From the NCBI GenBank assembly GCA_944363865.1, contig CALVVN010000012.1:1-33246 (forward strand): a stretch of 33,246 nt of DNA, written 5' to 3'. Under the pieces are notes generated by a model. That model ran no database searches. It had not been told where the DNA came from and saw nothing but the letters and a program-made list of their open reading frames with translations. A program made the position numbers and the translations under genes. Positions within the stretch are counted from its first letter, which is position 1, and each line of letters begins with the position of its first letter. Source of the DNA: an uncultured Bacilli bacterium. GTDB taxonomy: Bacteria > Bacillota_I > Bacilli_A > RF39 > UBA660. Positions 1 to 9,157 of the stretch are shown here, piece by piece.

Positions 1-753
1 GTAAAAATTCCGGCTGATGGAAATGTTTTAGTGAGTACAGAAATTTCAACATACAATGGAAAAACGATTACAAGTTCAGTATCAGGAAAAATATTAGGAA
101 GTAGTAATGTATATTTAAATAATAAGCTAATAAACGCTATAGCGATAGAAAATGATTTTAGAGATTTAAAAAGAGAAATTGTAAAAACAAAATCATTTTT
201 TGATTATGGAAAAAATGATATAAAAAATATCGTTAAAGAAAATAAATTAGAAAAATCTAAAATGAGTCCATTAGTGTTAAAAATAAAATACATAAAAAAT
301 TATGATGAAAGCGATTACTTACTAGTAAACGAATTCGCGCATGACATACTTGATACGCTTGATAAAATAGCATACGGCTATGAAATAAAAGATATATATG
401 TAATAATAGATAAAAAAGATAAATTAGTTAGAAATGAAATACTAAATTATGTGGGTATTTATCCAAAAATTCAAATAGTGAAAAAATTAAAGGAAGAATA
501 TTCAAGTTTTAGTGTTGAAGAAATTGTTGCATTAAATAATATATTCAAACAAAAAGCTAGAAGTAGATATATTTACTTGACGATAAACAACAAAGGAGAA
601 ATATATTTAATTAAAACAAAAAAATATGTTACTTTAAAAGAACTTCTTTTAGCGCTTAAAATACAATCAATTAACGTGTATGATATAAATAAAAATAAAT
701 TAAATGAATTAGAAGTACTAAATGGTGACATTAGAACAATAATTATTAAGTAG
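1..753 (+). CDS. C-terminal part of a cysteine-free RnfC-like protein (barrel-sandwich plus SLBB-like domains); function unknown
   Basis: Frame 1 is open from base 1 (VKIPADGNVLV precedes the track Met at 31), so the gene starts upstream of the window. SSVSGKILG...AIAIEND and DYLLVNEF resemble the RnfC N-domain / IEND / IINGAECEP layout. There is no Cys in the ~250 visible residues, so no 4Fe-4S sites. Confidence 0.4.
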   Translation, partial: VKIPADGNVLVSTEISTYNGKTITSSVSGKILGSSNVYLNNKLINAIAIENDFRDLKREIVKTKSFFDYGKNDIKNIVKENKLEKSKMSPLVLKIKYIKNYDESDYLLVNEFAHDILDTLDKIAYGYEIKDIYVIIDKKDKLVRNEILNYVGIYPKIQIVKKLKEEYSSFSVEEIVALNNIFKQKARSRYIYLTINNKGEIYLIKTKKYVTLKELLLALKIQSINVYDINKNKLNELEVLNGDIRTIIIK

Positions 754-762
754 GTGATATTT

Positions 763-1695
763 ATGTACTTAATATATGGTAACAGCCAAATAGAAATACA
801 AGAAAAAATAAATGAAATAATACAAGAAAACAATTCTAATAATGTAATTAAATATAGTTATATAGAAAATGAATTATTAGATATATTAGAAGATGCAAGT
901 TACATTAGTATGTTTGAAGAAAAAAAAATAATAGTTATAAGTGAGTGCATATTTTTAACAAGCAAGGACACTAAAGACGTAACAAGTCTACTTAGATGTA
1001 TTAATAATCCAAATGAATCTACAATTATAATATTTACATTAAATGAAGAAAAGTTGGATGAAAGAAAAAAAATTACTAAAGAGTTAAAAAGCAAATGTGA
1101 AGTATATACTTACAATATAAAAGAAAATAAAAATCTTGTAACCATTATAAGCGATAATTTTAAAAGAGATAACTATAAAATTGATTTAGACTCTATAAAG
1201 AAAATAATAGAATTAACTGAGAATAATAAAGATACAATTATTAACGAAATTGATAAACTTAAAATGTATAAAATAAATGACAAAATTATAACACTAAACG
1301 ATGTTATAGAAGTAGTACCAAAATCACTTGAAAACAACATGTTTAAACTTACCGAAGCAATAAATCAAAAAGACAAAGACAAAGTTTTTAAAATATATAA
1401 GGAACTTATAAATAATAGAATTGAAGAAACTGTAATACTAAACTTATTAGCAAACCAATTTAGATTATACTTATCAATCAAAATACTTTTAGAAGATAAT
1501 AAAAATAAATATGAAATAAATAATATATTAAAAGAACATCCATATAGAATAGAATTAGGTATAAAAGAATCATCTAACTATAAGAAAAAAGAATTAGTGG
1601 GTTACTTAAAAAAACTATATGAAATTGATAAAAGTATAAAAACAGGTGAAATTACCTTAAATAATTCATTAGAAATGTTTTTAATAGAAATGTGA
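763..1695 (+). CDS. holA: DNA polymerase III delta subunit
   Basis: N-terminal YLIYGNSQ and C-terminal EHPYRIELGIKES...LYEIDKSIKTGE are typical of HolA. AGGTGA lies 5 nt upstream of ATG 763. The track start at 754 is a GTG inside that SD. Confidence 0.85.
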   Translation: MYLIYGNSQIEIQEKINEIIQENNSNNVIKYSYIENELLDILEDASYISMFEEKKIIVISECIFLTSKDTKDVTSLLRCINNPNESTIIIFTLNEEKLDERKKITKELKSKCEVYTYNIKENKNLVTIISDNFKRDNYKIDLDSIKKIIELTENNKDTIINEIDKLKMYKINDKIITLNDVIEVVPKSLENNMFKLTEAINQKDKDKVFKIYKELINNRIEETVILNLLANQFRLYLSIKILLEDNKNKYEINNILKEHPYRIELGIKESSNYKKKELVGYLKKLYEIDKSIKTGEITLNNSLEMFLIEM

Positions 1696-1702
1696 GGTGA
1701 AA

Positions 1703-2359
1703 ATGACAAAAATAGATAAAATAGAAATACCAAAATATAGTATTTCAGAAGAAATAATGAATGGAATCACTCATGGTATAGGTAGTTTATTATCAGTTGC
1801 AGCATTAGTGCTTACAGTTGTTTTTAGTGCAATACATGGAAACCCTTGGGCAGTAGTTGCATCATCAATATATGGATCAACATTAATAATTTTATATACA
1901 ATGTCAACTATATATCATTCATTAAAAAGAAATAAAGGAAAAAAAGTTTTAAGAATTGTAGATCACTGCAGCATATATCTTTTAATCGCAGGAACGTATA
2001 CACCATATACTTTAGTTACACTTAATGGTGCTTTAGGTTGGACTTTTTTTGGAATAGTGTGGGGTAGTGCAATAATAGGAATTATCCTTAATTTAATAGA
2101 TATAAAAAAATACAAAAAAATATCAATGGCAATGTATCTATTGATGGGATGGGTAATAATTGCCGCGATTAAACCTTTGTATGAATCATTAGACATTCGA
2201 GGACTATGGCTATTACTATGCGGCGGAATAATATATACTTTAGGTGCAATATTTTATGGGCTGGGAAAAAAGCATAAATATATGCATGGCATATTTCATT
2301 TGTTCGTACTAGCTGCTAGTATTTTACATTTTTTTTCAATACTACTATACGTTATATAA
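1703..2359 (+). CDS. hemolysin III / PAQR family integral membrane protein
   Basis: EIMNGITHGIG, DHCSIYLLIAGTYTP and HLFVL motifs with about 7 hydrophobic spans. GAGGTG SD precedes ATG 1703. Confidence 0.8.
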   Translation: MTKIDKIEIPKYSISEEIMNGITHGIGSLLSVAALVLTVVFSAIHGNPWAVVASSIYGSTLIILYTMSTIYHSLKRNKGKKVLRIVDHCSIYLLIAGTYTPYTLVTLNGALGWTFFGIVWGSAIIGIILNLIDIKKYKKISMAMYLLMGWVIIAAIKPLYESLDIRGLWLLLCGGIIYTLGAIFYGLGKKHKYMHGIFHLFVLAASILHFFSILLYVI

Positions 2360-2378
2360 AGTTAAGGAGTTGATTTAG

Positions 2379-2849
2379 ATGAAAAAAATAATTACATGTT
2401 TTATATTAATATGTACTGTTTTTATATTAACCGCGTGTGAAAAAAAAGACATAACATATAATGTTGAAAGTGATATGGGTGAACTTATTAATGAAACAAT
2501 GAAACAAAAATTAAATAACACTTCATATATAGTATTAGAAACATATGATAAAGAAATTACTATAAACGATAAAATTGAAATCAGTAAAATAATAAATACA
2601 TTATCTGATAGTAGAGCAAAAATAAGCGATGATATAGCTTGGGTTGAATCTTTGTTATGGATGCATTTATATGATGACGAAAATATACTTATAACTTCTA
2701 TAAACCTTTATTTAATTATTGAAAATAGTGATACATATGGATACGCATACTATAAAAATTTATCTAGCGATATTTCATCTAACGAGTACTATTATATAGA
2801 AACAAAAGATTTAAAAGAAATATTAGAAAATTACGATATAAAATATTGA
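2379..2849 (+). CDS. lipoprotein, function unknown
   Basis: Signal peptide ends in the lipobox ILTAC (MKKIITCFILICTVFILTAC). AAGGAG SD lies upstream. Confidence 0.6.
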   Translation: MKKIITCFILICTVFILTACEKKDITYNVESDMGELINETMKQKLNNTSYIVLETYDKEITINDKIEISKIINTLSDSRAKISDDIAWVESLLWMHLYDDENILITSINLYLIIENSDTYGYAYYKNLSSDISSNEYYYIETKDLKEILENYDIKY

Positions 2850-2888
2850 TTTTAAAAATTACAGCATAAAATTATTAAAGTGGAACAA

Positions 2889-2917
2889 TTGACAAATACT
2901 ACCGAATTCGGTATAAT
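2889..2917 (+). promoter_or_regulatory. Consensus sigma-A promoter TTGACA-17-TATAAT with an embedded 12-bp perfect palindrome, upstream of the HTH-Fic gene
   Basis: TTGACA at 2889-2894 and TATAAT at 2912-2917, with a 17-nt spacer. ACCGAATTCGGT at 2901-2912 is a perfect palindrome inside the spacer. Confidence 0.6.
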
Positions 2918-2934
2918 TATTAGGGGTGATAAAT

Positions 2935-3861
2935 ATGAACTATATGACTACAAAAGAGGCTGTAGAAAAATGGAACATTAGTGAACGAAGAATTAGACAA
3001 CTATTATCTGAAGGTAGAATTGAAGGTGCAGTTAAAGTTGGAAATAGTTGGAATATTCCTGTTGACGCTGATAAACCAGATGATAAAAGAATAATTAAAC
3101 CTGATGATAATAATGTTATTATTGATTTAGATGATAATTATTTTGATGAAGTAGATAACTTAAAAAAAGAAGTAGATAGTAAAAGACCAATCTCTAAAGA
3201 AACTTTAAAATCATTAAAAGAAACTATTAATTTAGAATGGACTTATAATAGTAATGGAATTGAAGGAAATACTTTAACATTAAAGGAAACTCAAGTTGTT
3301 TTAGAAGGTATTGCTGTAGGTGGAAAGTCTATTAAAGAGCATTTAGAAGCAATTAATCATGAAAAAGCAATTTTATATTTAGATGATTTGGTAAAAGATA
3401 AAAATCCAATAACTGAATGGAATATTAAGAATATTCATCAGTTAATTTTAAAGGATATAGATAATGAAAATGCTGGTAGATATAGAAGGGAAAACGTAAC
3501 TATAAAAGGTGCAACTCATATTCCACCGGATTATATTAAAATTCCTGAATTAATGGGAAAATTAATACTTAATTATAGTAGTTGGAGTAAATATCATCCA
3601 ATAATTAAAGCTGCATTATTACATGGGGAATTAGTTAAAATACATCCATTTGTTGATGGTAATGGAAGAACATCAAGATTACTTATGAATTTAGATCTTA
3701 TGAATAGTGGATATAATCCAGTTATAATAAAAAAAGAATTAAGATTAAAATATTATGAAGCATTAGATAAAGCGCATACTACTGGTGATTATACTGATTT
3801 TGTTAAGTTAGTTACTAAATTAGAAGTAGATATGTTAAAAAAATATTTAGAAATGATGTAA
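2935..3861 (+). CDS. Fic-family protein (probable AMPylase) with an N-terminal excisionase/MerR-type HTH
   Basis: Fic motif HPFVDGNGRTSR. Inhibitory-helix-like SNGIEGN ([ST]xxxE[GN]). N-terminus MTTKEAVEKWNISERRIRQLLSEGRI is HTH-like. GGGGTGA SD precedes ATG 2935. Confidence 0.85.
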   Translation: MNYMTTKEAVEKWNISERRIRQLLSEGRIEGAVKVGNSWNIPVDADKPDDKRIIKPDDNNVIIDLDDNYFDEVDNLKKEVDSKRPISKETLKSLKETINLEWTYNSNGIEGNTLTLKETQVVLEGIAVGGKSIKEHLEAINHEKAILYLDDLVKDKNPITEWNIKNIHQLILKDIDNENAGRYRRENVTIKGATHIPPDYIKIPELMGKLILNYSSWSKYHPIIKAALLHGELVKIHPFVDGNGRTSRLLMNLDLMNSGYNPVIIKKELRLKYYEALDKAHTTGDYTDFVKLVTKLEVDMLKKYLEMM

Positions 3862-3866
3862 TATTT

Positions 3867-4634
3867 ATGAATAAGAAAAATAACTTGTTTAATAAATATT
3901 TTAAAATTGGCTCTTTAAATAAGTTAGATAAATATGAAATATACTATCTAAATTGTATAAAAAAATTTATAATTGATTATTATGAAAAAATTGGTGTTAC
4001 TTTTGATAATGAAATAAGATATATATTGAAAACGCAATTTTCATCTCCAAAATTTGTTTTTAAGTCACAAAACCAAGGCATTGAAAATGAACTAATATTA
4101 CTATCAGTCGAAAAATATTCGTTTTGGTGTCAAGTTATTTATCAATTATCTCATGAGATTACCCATTGCTTCATACATTGTAATAATAAGGATGAAACTT
4201 TTAAAGCCAGTTGGATTGAGGAAACAATTTGTGAAGCACTGTCATTATATTTTTTAAAGTTATTTTATAAATTTTGGCAAGATTGTGATTTAAGTAAATT
4301 AAATAATAATTATAATGATTCTATAAAAAAATATTTAGATGATATATTGCAAAAAGATAATGGGACAAATAGACTATATGATTGTAAAAATATAAATGAA
4401 CTATTAATTATAAACGCATATTCTCAAGAAAAAAGAAATGATAGATATAATGAAATGATAGATTTATATAATAAAATTAACAAAAATAATATTATAGGCT
4501 TAATAAAATATAAAGACTATATTATTAAAAATACAATTTTATTAAATACTGAAGAATACAAAATGGCATATAAAAACAATGAAGCCGTAGTATTGATATG
4601 TGATATACAAGATAAAATTTTGACTACACAATGA
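3867..4634 (+). CDS. hypothetical protein with HExxH motif (putative zinc metallopeptidase)
   Basis: QLSHEITHCF followed about 20 aa later by WIEETICEA (HExxH...E). Starts 5 nt after the fic stop with no obvious SD, which suggests coupling. No family recognised. Confidence 0.5.
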   Translation: MNKKNNLFNKYFKIGSLNKLDKYEIYYLNCIKKFIIDYYEKIGVTFDNEIRYILKTQFSSPKFVFKSQNQGIENELILLSVEKYSFWCQVIYQLSHEITHCFIHCNNKDETFKASWIEETICEALSLYFLKLFYKFWQDCDLSKLNNNYNDSIKKYLDDILQKDNGTNRLYDCKNINELLIINAYSQEKRNDRYNEMIDLYNKINKNNIIGLIKYKDYIIKNTILLNTEEYKMAYKNNEAVVLICDIQDKILTTQ

Positions 4635-4643
4635 CTATCCCAA

Positions 4644-4930
4644 GGTGGCGATGGTGAGGAAGTAATCCGTGTATTACGTAATGATAGTAAGTTATCATCT
4701 AAAATATTAAATGAAATAGAAAAGGAAGGTCAAATATAAGAAAATACTATCAGTAAAGATTGCCTAGTAATCCTTCAAAAGATTATTATTTTATATATAG
4801 AGATACTCCTAATACTGAGGCAATAATTGTTGAGTATGATTTTTTGAATAGTCCAAAAGATGAAAAACCAATCGATTTAAAAACATTAAAAGAAAAATAT
4901 GGCTTTGCCTCCTCAAAGTTATTCACATGA
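4644..4930 (+). pseudogene. remnant of the C-terminal part of an N-acetylmuramoyl-L-alanine amidase (Amidase_3-like)
   Basis: GGDGEEVIRVLRNDSKLSSKILNEIEKEGQ / NIRKYYQ*RLPSNPSKDYYFIYRDTPNTEAIIVEYDFLNSPKD. There is a frameshift at the A-run near 4732-4734 and an in-frame TAA at 4754-4756. No N-terminal half is present. Confidence 0.6.
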
Positions 4931-5072
4931 AGAAAGATTCAAGAAACTTACAAGTGACAAACAAATTGCTTAAGAACTTATTATATATTTTTTTAAACCA
5001 ACTGCACATTAAATTGTGCACTTTCAATAAAAATCTACAATATTGATTTTACCACATTCTATATGCCCAAAC

Positions 5073-5101
5073 TTTACATTAAGTGTTAATTATAGTATAA
5101 T
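5073..5101 (+). promoter_or_regulatory. sigma-A-type promoter TTTACA-17-TATAAT upstream of the decayed Fic gene
   Basis: TTTACA at 5073-5078 and TATAAT at 5096-5101. GAGGGG SD precedes ATG 5126. Confidence 0.45.
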
Positions 5102-5125
5102 ACATCAGAAAAAGAGGGGTTTAAT

Positions 5126-6011
5126 ATGGAATTACAAAAACATTTTGATTTGGAAGAATATGTATCACGAATAAAATTATCTGATAATGTGTTATATCAT
5201 TTACAAGATACATCACAATCATTTGAAGAATATTTTAAAGTATTGTCTAATTATGGAAATTATGCCATATATTTTTGGATTGATTCATTATATAGAGAAT
5301 TAGCAGCAAGTTCTAAAATGGAAGGCGATTTTGTTTCTTTTGCTCAATTTCAAAATGATTTATATTTTTCAAGATTAGACATTTCACATAATAGAATTCA
5401 TGAATTACATAATATATTTGTGCCTACAGAAAAAAAGAATATAGAAACTGTGAAGTGAAAATATCAGGATTAGAATATGGAAAAGAAAAAATACATTAGT
5501 GGGGAGTAGATCATAGTGATGTTCCACAATTTATGAATGATTTTATTGATTTTTATAGACAAACTTCAGTTGATTTAAAATATTCTAACCCATTCATAAA
5601 GCTGCATTAGTGCATTTAATTTTTGTAAGAATTCACCCATACAGAGATGGAAACGGAAGAACTGATAGATTATTGCAAAATATAAAGTTTGTTCAATTAA
5701 TAAATAATATTTATGGTTCGAGATTAAAAATATCACCACTAAACATATTAGAAAACATATTGATAAATAAACCGACATATGTCAAATGGTTAAATGCCAT
5801 GAATTTTAATGGTGTCGACGATGATAATGATGCAATAAATCATTTTATAAATTTTATTTTAAATATGACTGACGAACAACTATTTTATGCTACAAATAAA
5901 CTAAGATCATACCAAAGAATGCTTGATAACTGGGAAACTATGTATGTTGATGAAGAACTAGAAAAAGACGCTGAAATTATGAAATTGAAAAGAATATTTA
6001 GACATAAATAA
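5126..6011 (+). pseudogene. second Fic-family gene, disrupted
   Basis: The three frames join into one Fic protein: SSKMEGD, then EVKISGLEYGKEKIH*WGVDHSDVPQFMNDFIDFY...NPFIK, then AALVHLIFVRIHPYRDGNGRTDRLL. The lesions are a frameshift near 5450, an in-frame TAG at 5497-5499 and a frameshift near 5596-5600. Confidence 0.75.
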
Positions 6012-6024
6012 AACGATAATACAC

Positions 6025-6053
6025 TTGCTGTTTTACCATTTTAAATATATAAT
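6025..6053 (+). promoter_or_regulatory. sigma-A-type promoter TTGCTG-17-TATAAT for nusB-xseA-xseB
   Basis: TTGCTG at 6025-6030 and TATAAT at 6048-6053. Confidence 0.5.
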
Positions 6054-6069
6054 GTAATTGGTGATACAT

Positions 6070-6480
6070 ATGAAGCTTAATAGGACTTTACTTAGAGAGA
6101 AAATAATGACAATTTTATATCAAATATACATATATAGAAAAGATAATATTCCATATGAAACAGAAAATATAATTAAAGAAAATCTTGAAATAGAAAATAA
6201 ATTCGTAAGAGACATAGTAAACGGAGTAACAGAAAAAGAAAAAGAACTTGACCAAATTATTGATAAATATATGATAGGTTGGACAACTAGTAGATTAGGG
6301 AATATTGATCAAGCGATATTTAGAATGAGTGTTTACGAATTATTATATTATGAAACTCCAAATATCGTATGTATAAATGAAGGCATTGAATTATCAAAGA
6401 AATATAGTGATGAAAAAGTCACTGGTCTTTTAAATGGTGTTTTAGACAAAATATATGACTTAGAGGTAAAAGATGAATGA
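6070..6480 (+). CDS. nusB: transcription antitermination factor NusB
   Basis: RTLLREKIMTILYQ...IDQAIFRMSVYELLY...INEGIELSKKYS...LLNGVLDKI is typical of NusB. GGTGAT SD precedes ATG 6070. The track start at 6058 is TTG. Confidence 0.85.
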   Translation: MKLNRTLLREKIMTILYQIYIYRKDNIPYETENIIKENLEIENKFVRDIVNGVTEKEKELDQIIDKYMIGWTTSRLGNIDQAIFRMSVYELLYYETPNIVCINEGIELSKKYSDEKVTGLLNGVLDKIYDLEVKDE

Positions 6481-7798
6481 TAAAGTACTAAGTGTAACTG
6501 ATATTAATAGATATATAAAAGATTTATTTACAGTTGATAGTTTTTTAAATAATGTAACAGTAAAAGGTGAAATAAGTAATTTAAAAATACATGGTAGAGG
6601 ACACTTGTACTTTAGTTTAAAAGATGAAAATAGCAAAATAAACTGTGTAATGTTTAATTATGCTCCAAAAGTTAATTTTGAACTTAACGATGGAATGAGC
6701 GTTCAAGTAAAAGGAAGAATAAATGTTTACGAAGCAAGCGGAAGTTACCAAATATACGTTAACGAAATGGTAAATGATGGAATAGGCAATCTCTATCAAT
6801 TATATGAAGAATTAAAGAAAAAATTGAGTAGTGAAGGTTTGTTCAATGAAGATCATAAAAAAAAATTACCACGGATACCAAAAAAAATCGGGGTTATAAC
6901 TGCACCTACAGGTGCTGCCGTAAAAGATATAATTAGTACAATTAATAAACGATATCCACTATGTGAAATAATTATATTTCCTACACTTGTACAAGGTGAT
7001 GGTGCTAAAGAAAATATAGTTAAAATGATAGAAAAAGCAAACGAAACAGACGTAGATGTAATAATATTAGGCCGTGGCGGTGGCTCCATAGAAGATTTAT
7101 GGGCATTTAACGAAGAAATTGTAGCAAGAAGTATATTTGATAGCAAAATACCAATCGTAAGCGCGGTTGGACACGAAATTGATTTTACAATAAGTGATTT
7201 TGTTGCAGATTTAAGAGCCCCAACACCCACAGGTGCAGCACTGTTGGTAGTTCCGGACCAATTTGAAATAATGAGATATTTAAACGAATACGAAGGAAGA
7301 CTAAATAGTGTATTGAACACAAAAATAAAAAGATATTCTGAAAAATTAAACATATATAAAAACAGTTTTATTTTAAAAAATATATCAAGTATATATGCAC
7401 CAAAAGAACAAAAACTAGATATAATTATTGATAAACTAAATAGCATTCTTAACAATAAAATAATTGCTAAGGCAAACGAACTTAATCAACTAAGTACTAA
7501 AATTAAAAGTTTAAAAATAACAAATCAAATAAATTATTACAAAGATAAAATCACATCTTTTGATAGTAGATTAAAAAATGCATTAATTAATACAATAAAA
7601 TTTAAAACAAATGAGTTAAATAATATAAATATAAAATTAGAACTATCAAACCCAAAAAATATATTAAAAAAAGGTTATTCAATAACAAAATGTGGTAGTA
7701 GAATTATTAAAAGTATAAAAGAAATAAAAGAAAAAGATACAATATCAATAACATTAAATGATGGTATAATAGAAAGTGAAGTTAAAGGAGTGAAATAA
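6473..7798 (+). CDS. xseA: exodeoxyribonuclease VII large subunit
   Basis: VLSVTDINRYIKDLF, GEISNLKIHGRGHLYFSLKD, ITAPTGAAVKDI, GRGGGSIEDLWAFNEE, SAVGHEIDFTISDFVADLRAPTPT. It overlaps nusB by 8 nt (ATGAATGA). Confidence 0.9.
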   Translation: MNDKVLSVTDINRYIKDLFTVDSFLNNVTVKGEISNLKIHGRGHLYFSLKDENSKINCVMFNYAPKVNFELNDGMSVQVKGRINVYEASGSYQIYVNEMVNDGIGNLYQLYEELKKKLSSEGLFNEDHKKKLPRIPKKIGVITAPTGAAVKDIISTINKRYPLCEIIIFPTLVQGDGAKENIVKMIEKANETDVDVIILGRGGGSIEDLWAFNEEIVARSIFDSKIPIVSAVGHEIDFTISDFVADLRAPTPTGAALLVVPDQFEIMRYLNEYEGRLNSVLNTKIKRYSEKLNIYKNSFILKNISSIYAPKEQKLDIIIDKLNSILNNKIIAKANELNQLSTKIKSLKITNQINYYKDKITSFDSRLKNALINTIKFKTNELNNINIKLELSNPKNILKKGYSITKCGSRIIKSIKEIKEKDTISITLNDGIIESEVKGVK

Positions 7799-7981
7799 AT
7801 GGAAAACGAAACATTTGAAAGTGCATTATTAAAATTAGAAAACATAATTAGAGAACTAGAAAGTGGAGAAATTGATCTAGAAAAAAGTTTAAATAAGTAT
7901 AAAGAAGCTACTGAATTAGTTAATTTCTGTAGTGATAAACTTAAAAATGCACAAGAAACAGTAAATAAAATATTAAAATAA
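7799..7981 (+). CDS. xseB: exodeoxyribonuclease VII small subunit
   Basis: FESALLKLENIIRELESGEIDLEKSLNKYKEA. Its ATG directly abuts the xseA stop. Confidence 0.85.
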   Translation: MENETFESALLKLENIIRELESGEIDLEKSLNKYKEATELVNFCSDKLKNAQETVNKILK

Positions 7982-8030
7982 GATGGCTCGCTAGATAACT
8001 TTGAAGCAAATGAATAAATGGTAAAAATTG

Positions 8031-8064
8031 CTAATACTAATATTTCCAAAGTATTAGTTTTTTT
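8031..8064 (+). terminator. candidate rho-independent terminator after xseB
   Basis: CTAATACT (8031-8038) pairs with AGTATTAG (8050-8057), followed by T7. The stem is AT-rich with an 11-nt loop. Confidence 0.45.
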
Positions 8065-8096
8065 ATTGTAAATATTAATAATGAGGTGTTAAAAAA

Positions 8097-9071
8097 ATGA
8101 AGAAGTATATCTTAACATTATTAATTTCACTCATAATACCTTTAGAATTATTTGCATATTCTGAATATATAATTCCAGGCGGAGAAAATATAGGAATAAC
8201 AATAAATTCTAAAGGTTTAACTGTAGTAGGGTTTTATAAAGTAAATGATAAATTCATTGGAAAAGAAACATTAAAAGTAGGAGATATAATAACAAAAATA
8301 AATGGAATAGATGTAGAATCAATAAACGAAATGAGTGATTTAATTGCTCAAGAATTAGAAAATGGCAAAGTAAGTATAACAATAGAAAGAAACAACAAAG
8401 AAATAGAAACAGATTTGAACATAATTAAAGAGAATAATATATATAAGACGGGACTATATATAAAAGAAAAAATTAACGGAGTAGGTACACTTACATATAT
8501 AGATCCAGTAACTAAAATATATGGTGCATTAGGGCACGAAATCACAATGAATGAGACAAATAAAATTGTTGAAGTGAGAAACGGTAATATATATGAAAGT
8601 TATGTAAATAGTATAGATAGAAGTGCAGACGGGACAGTAGGTAGTAAAAACGCAACAATAGATTTTAAAAGCACTTTAGGAACCATCAAAGAAAATACAA
8701 AGAAAGGAATATTTGGTAATTATCAAGTAGATTTACCTAACACAGAAGTAGTTAAAGTTGCAAGTTTTAATGAAATTGATCTTGGAAAAGCTTATATCTA
8801 TACAACAGTAGACGGAGAAAACAAAGAAAAATTCGAAATTGAAATACTAAAAAAAGAAGAAAAAAGTATTGATACATCAAAAGCAATAAGTTTCAAAATA
8901 ACAGACACCAAATTATTAGAAGAAACGGGCGGAGTAGTGCAAGGCATGAGTGGAAGCCCAATAATACAAGATGATAAAATAATTGGCGCAGTAACACATG
9001 TTGTAGTAGATGATGTAACAAAAGGTTACGCTATATTTATTAGAACAATGTTAGAAGAGGGAGAAAATTAA
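8097..9071 (+). CDS. spoIVB: SpoIVB peptidase (S55 family, PDZ domain)
   Basis: GVGTLTYIDPVTKIYGALGHEI, SIDRSADGTVGSK and the catalytic-Ser context GGVVQGMSGSPI. PDZ-like LKVGDIITKINGIDVESI. N-terminal signal/anchor. Confidence 0.85.
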   Translation: MKKYILTLLISLIIPLELFAYSEYIIPGGENIGITINSKGLTVVGFYKVNDKFIGKETLKVGDIITKINGIDVESINEMSDLIAQELENGKVSITIERNNKEIETDLNIIKENNIYKTGLYIKEKINGVGTLTYIDPVTKIYGALGHEITMNETNKIVEVRNGNIYESYVNSIDRSADGTVGSKNATIDFKSTLGTIKENTKKGIFGNYQVDLPNTEVVKVASFNEIDLGKAYIYTTVDGENKEKFEIEILKKEEKSIDTSKAISFKITDTKLLEETGGVVQGMSGSPIIQDDKIIGAVTHVVVDDVTKGYAIFIRTMLEEGEN

Positions 9072-9081
9072 TTCTCCTTTT
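9060..9081 (+). terminator. candidate terminator overlapping the spoIVB stop
   Basis: GGAGAA (9060-9065) pairs with TTCTCC (9072-9077), followed by TTTT. Confidence 0.4.
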
Positions 9082-9126
9082 AAATTGTAAACTAAGTGTA
9101 TAGTAAGTAAAAAAAGTAATAAAATA

Positions 9127-9135
9127 TGGTATAAT
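9127..9135 (+). promoter_or_regulatory. extended -10 element TGGTATAAT upstream of uppS
   Basis: TGnTATAAT at 9127-9135, about 20 nt upstream of the AAGGAG SD of uppS. No good -35 element. Confidence 0.4.
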
Positions 9136-9157
9136 ATACGAGCAAAGGAGTTATATT

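Noticed and set aside
754-2934. Upstream GTG/TTG starts given by the ORF track for holA (754), hlyIII (1697) and fic (2926). The same applies to nusB (6058), mnmA (10661), hisS (25133), DUF421 (28801) and the fusion ORF (33184).
   Set aside because: In each case the track start lies inside or directly against the SD sequence. An ATG or GTG 5-9 nt downstream of that SD matches the family N-terminus better.
5459-5778. Treating 5126-5458 and 5610-6011 as two separate small genes, and the 67-aa minus-strand ORF at 5575-5778.
   Set aside because: The two plus-strand pieces and the intervening frame reassemble into one Fic protein with its motif order intact. The minus-strand ORF is a shadow frame inside that pseudogene.
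6853-7455. 200-aa minus-strand ORF, and the many other 60-124-aa ORFs in the track that lie antisense to recognisable genes (for example 573-833, 900-1094, 1963-2196, 7675-8049, 11944-12231, 12367-12642, 14407-14601, 19279-19488, 27260-27547, 31533-31790).
   Set aside because: Each lies entirely inside a well-supported gene on the other strand. They have Leu/Ile/Phe/Ser-rich low-complexity composition typical of shadow frames in AT-rich DNA. They have no SD and no recognisable motif.
8012-8040. Sporulation-sigma promoters: GAATA-17-AATACTA before spoIVB (sigma F/G-like), CATAGATT at 10039-10046 before spoIIM, and CATATATT at 26824-26831 before spoVB (sigma E-like).
   Set aside because: These AT-rich consensus elements carry too little information to call in a genome of about 25 percent G+C without transcript mapping. 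The spoVB match would also leave essentially no leader.
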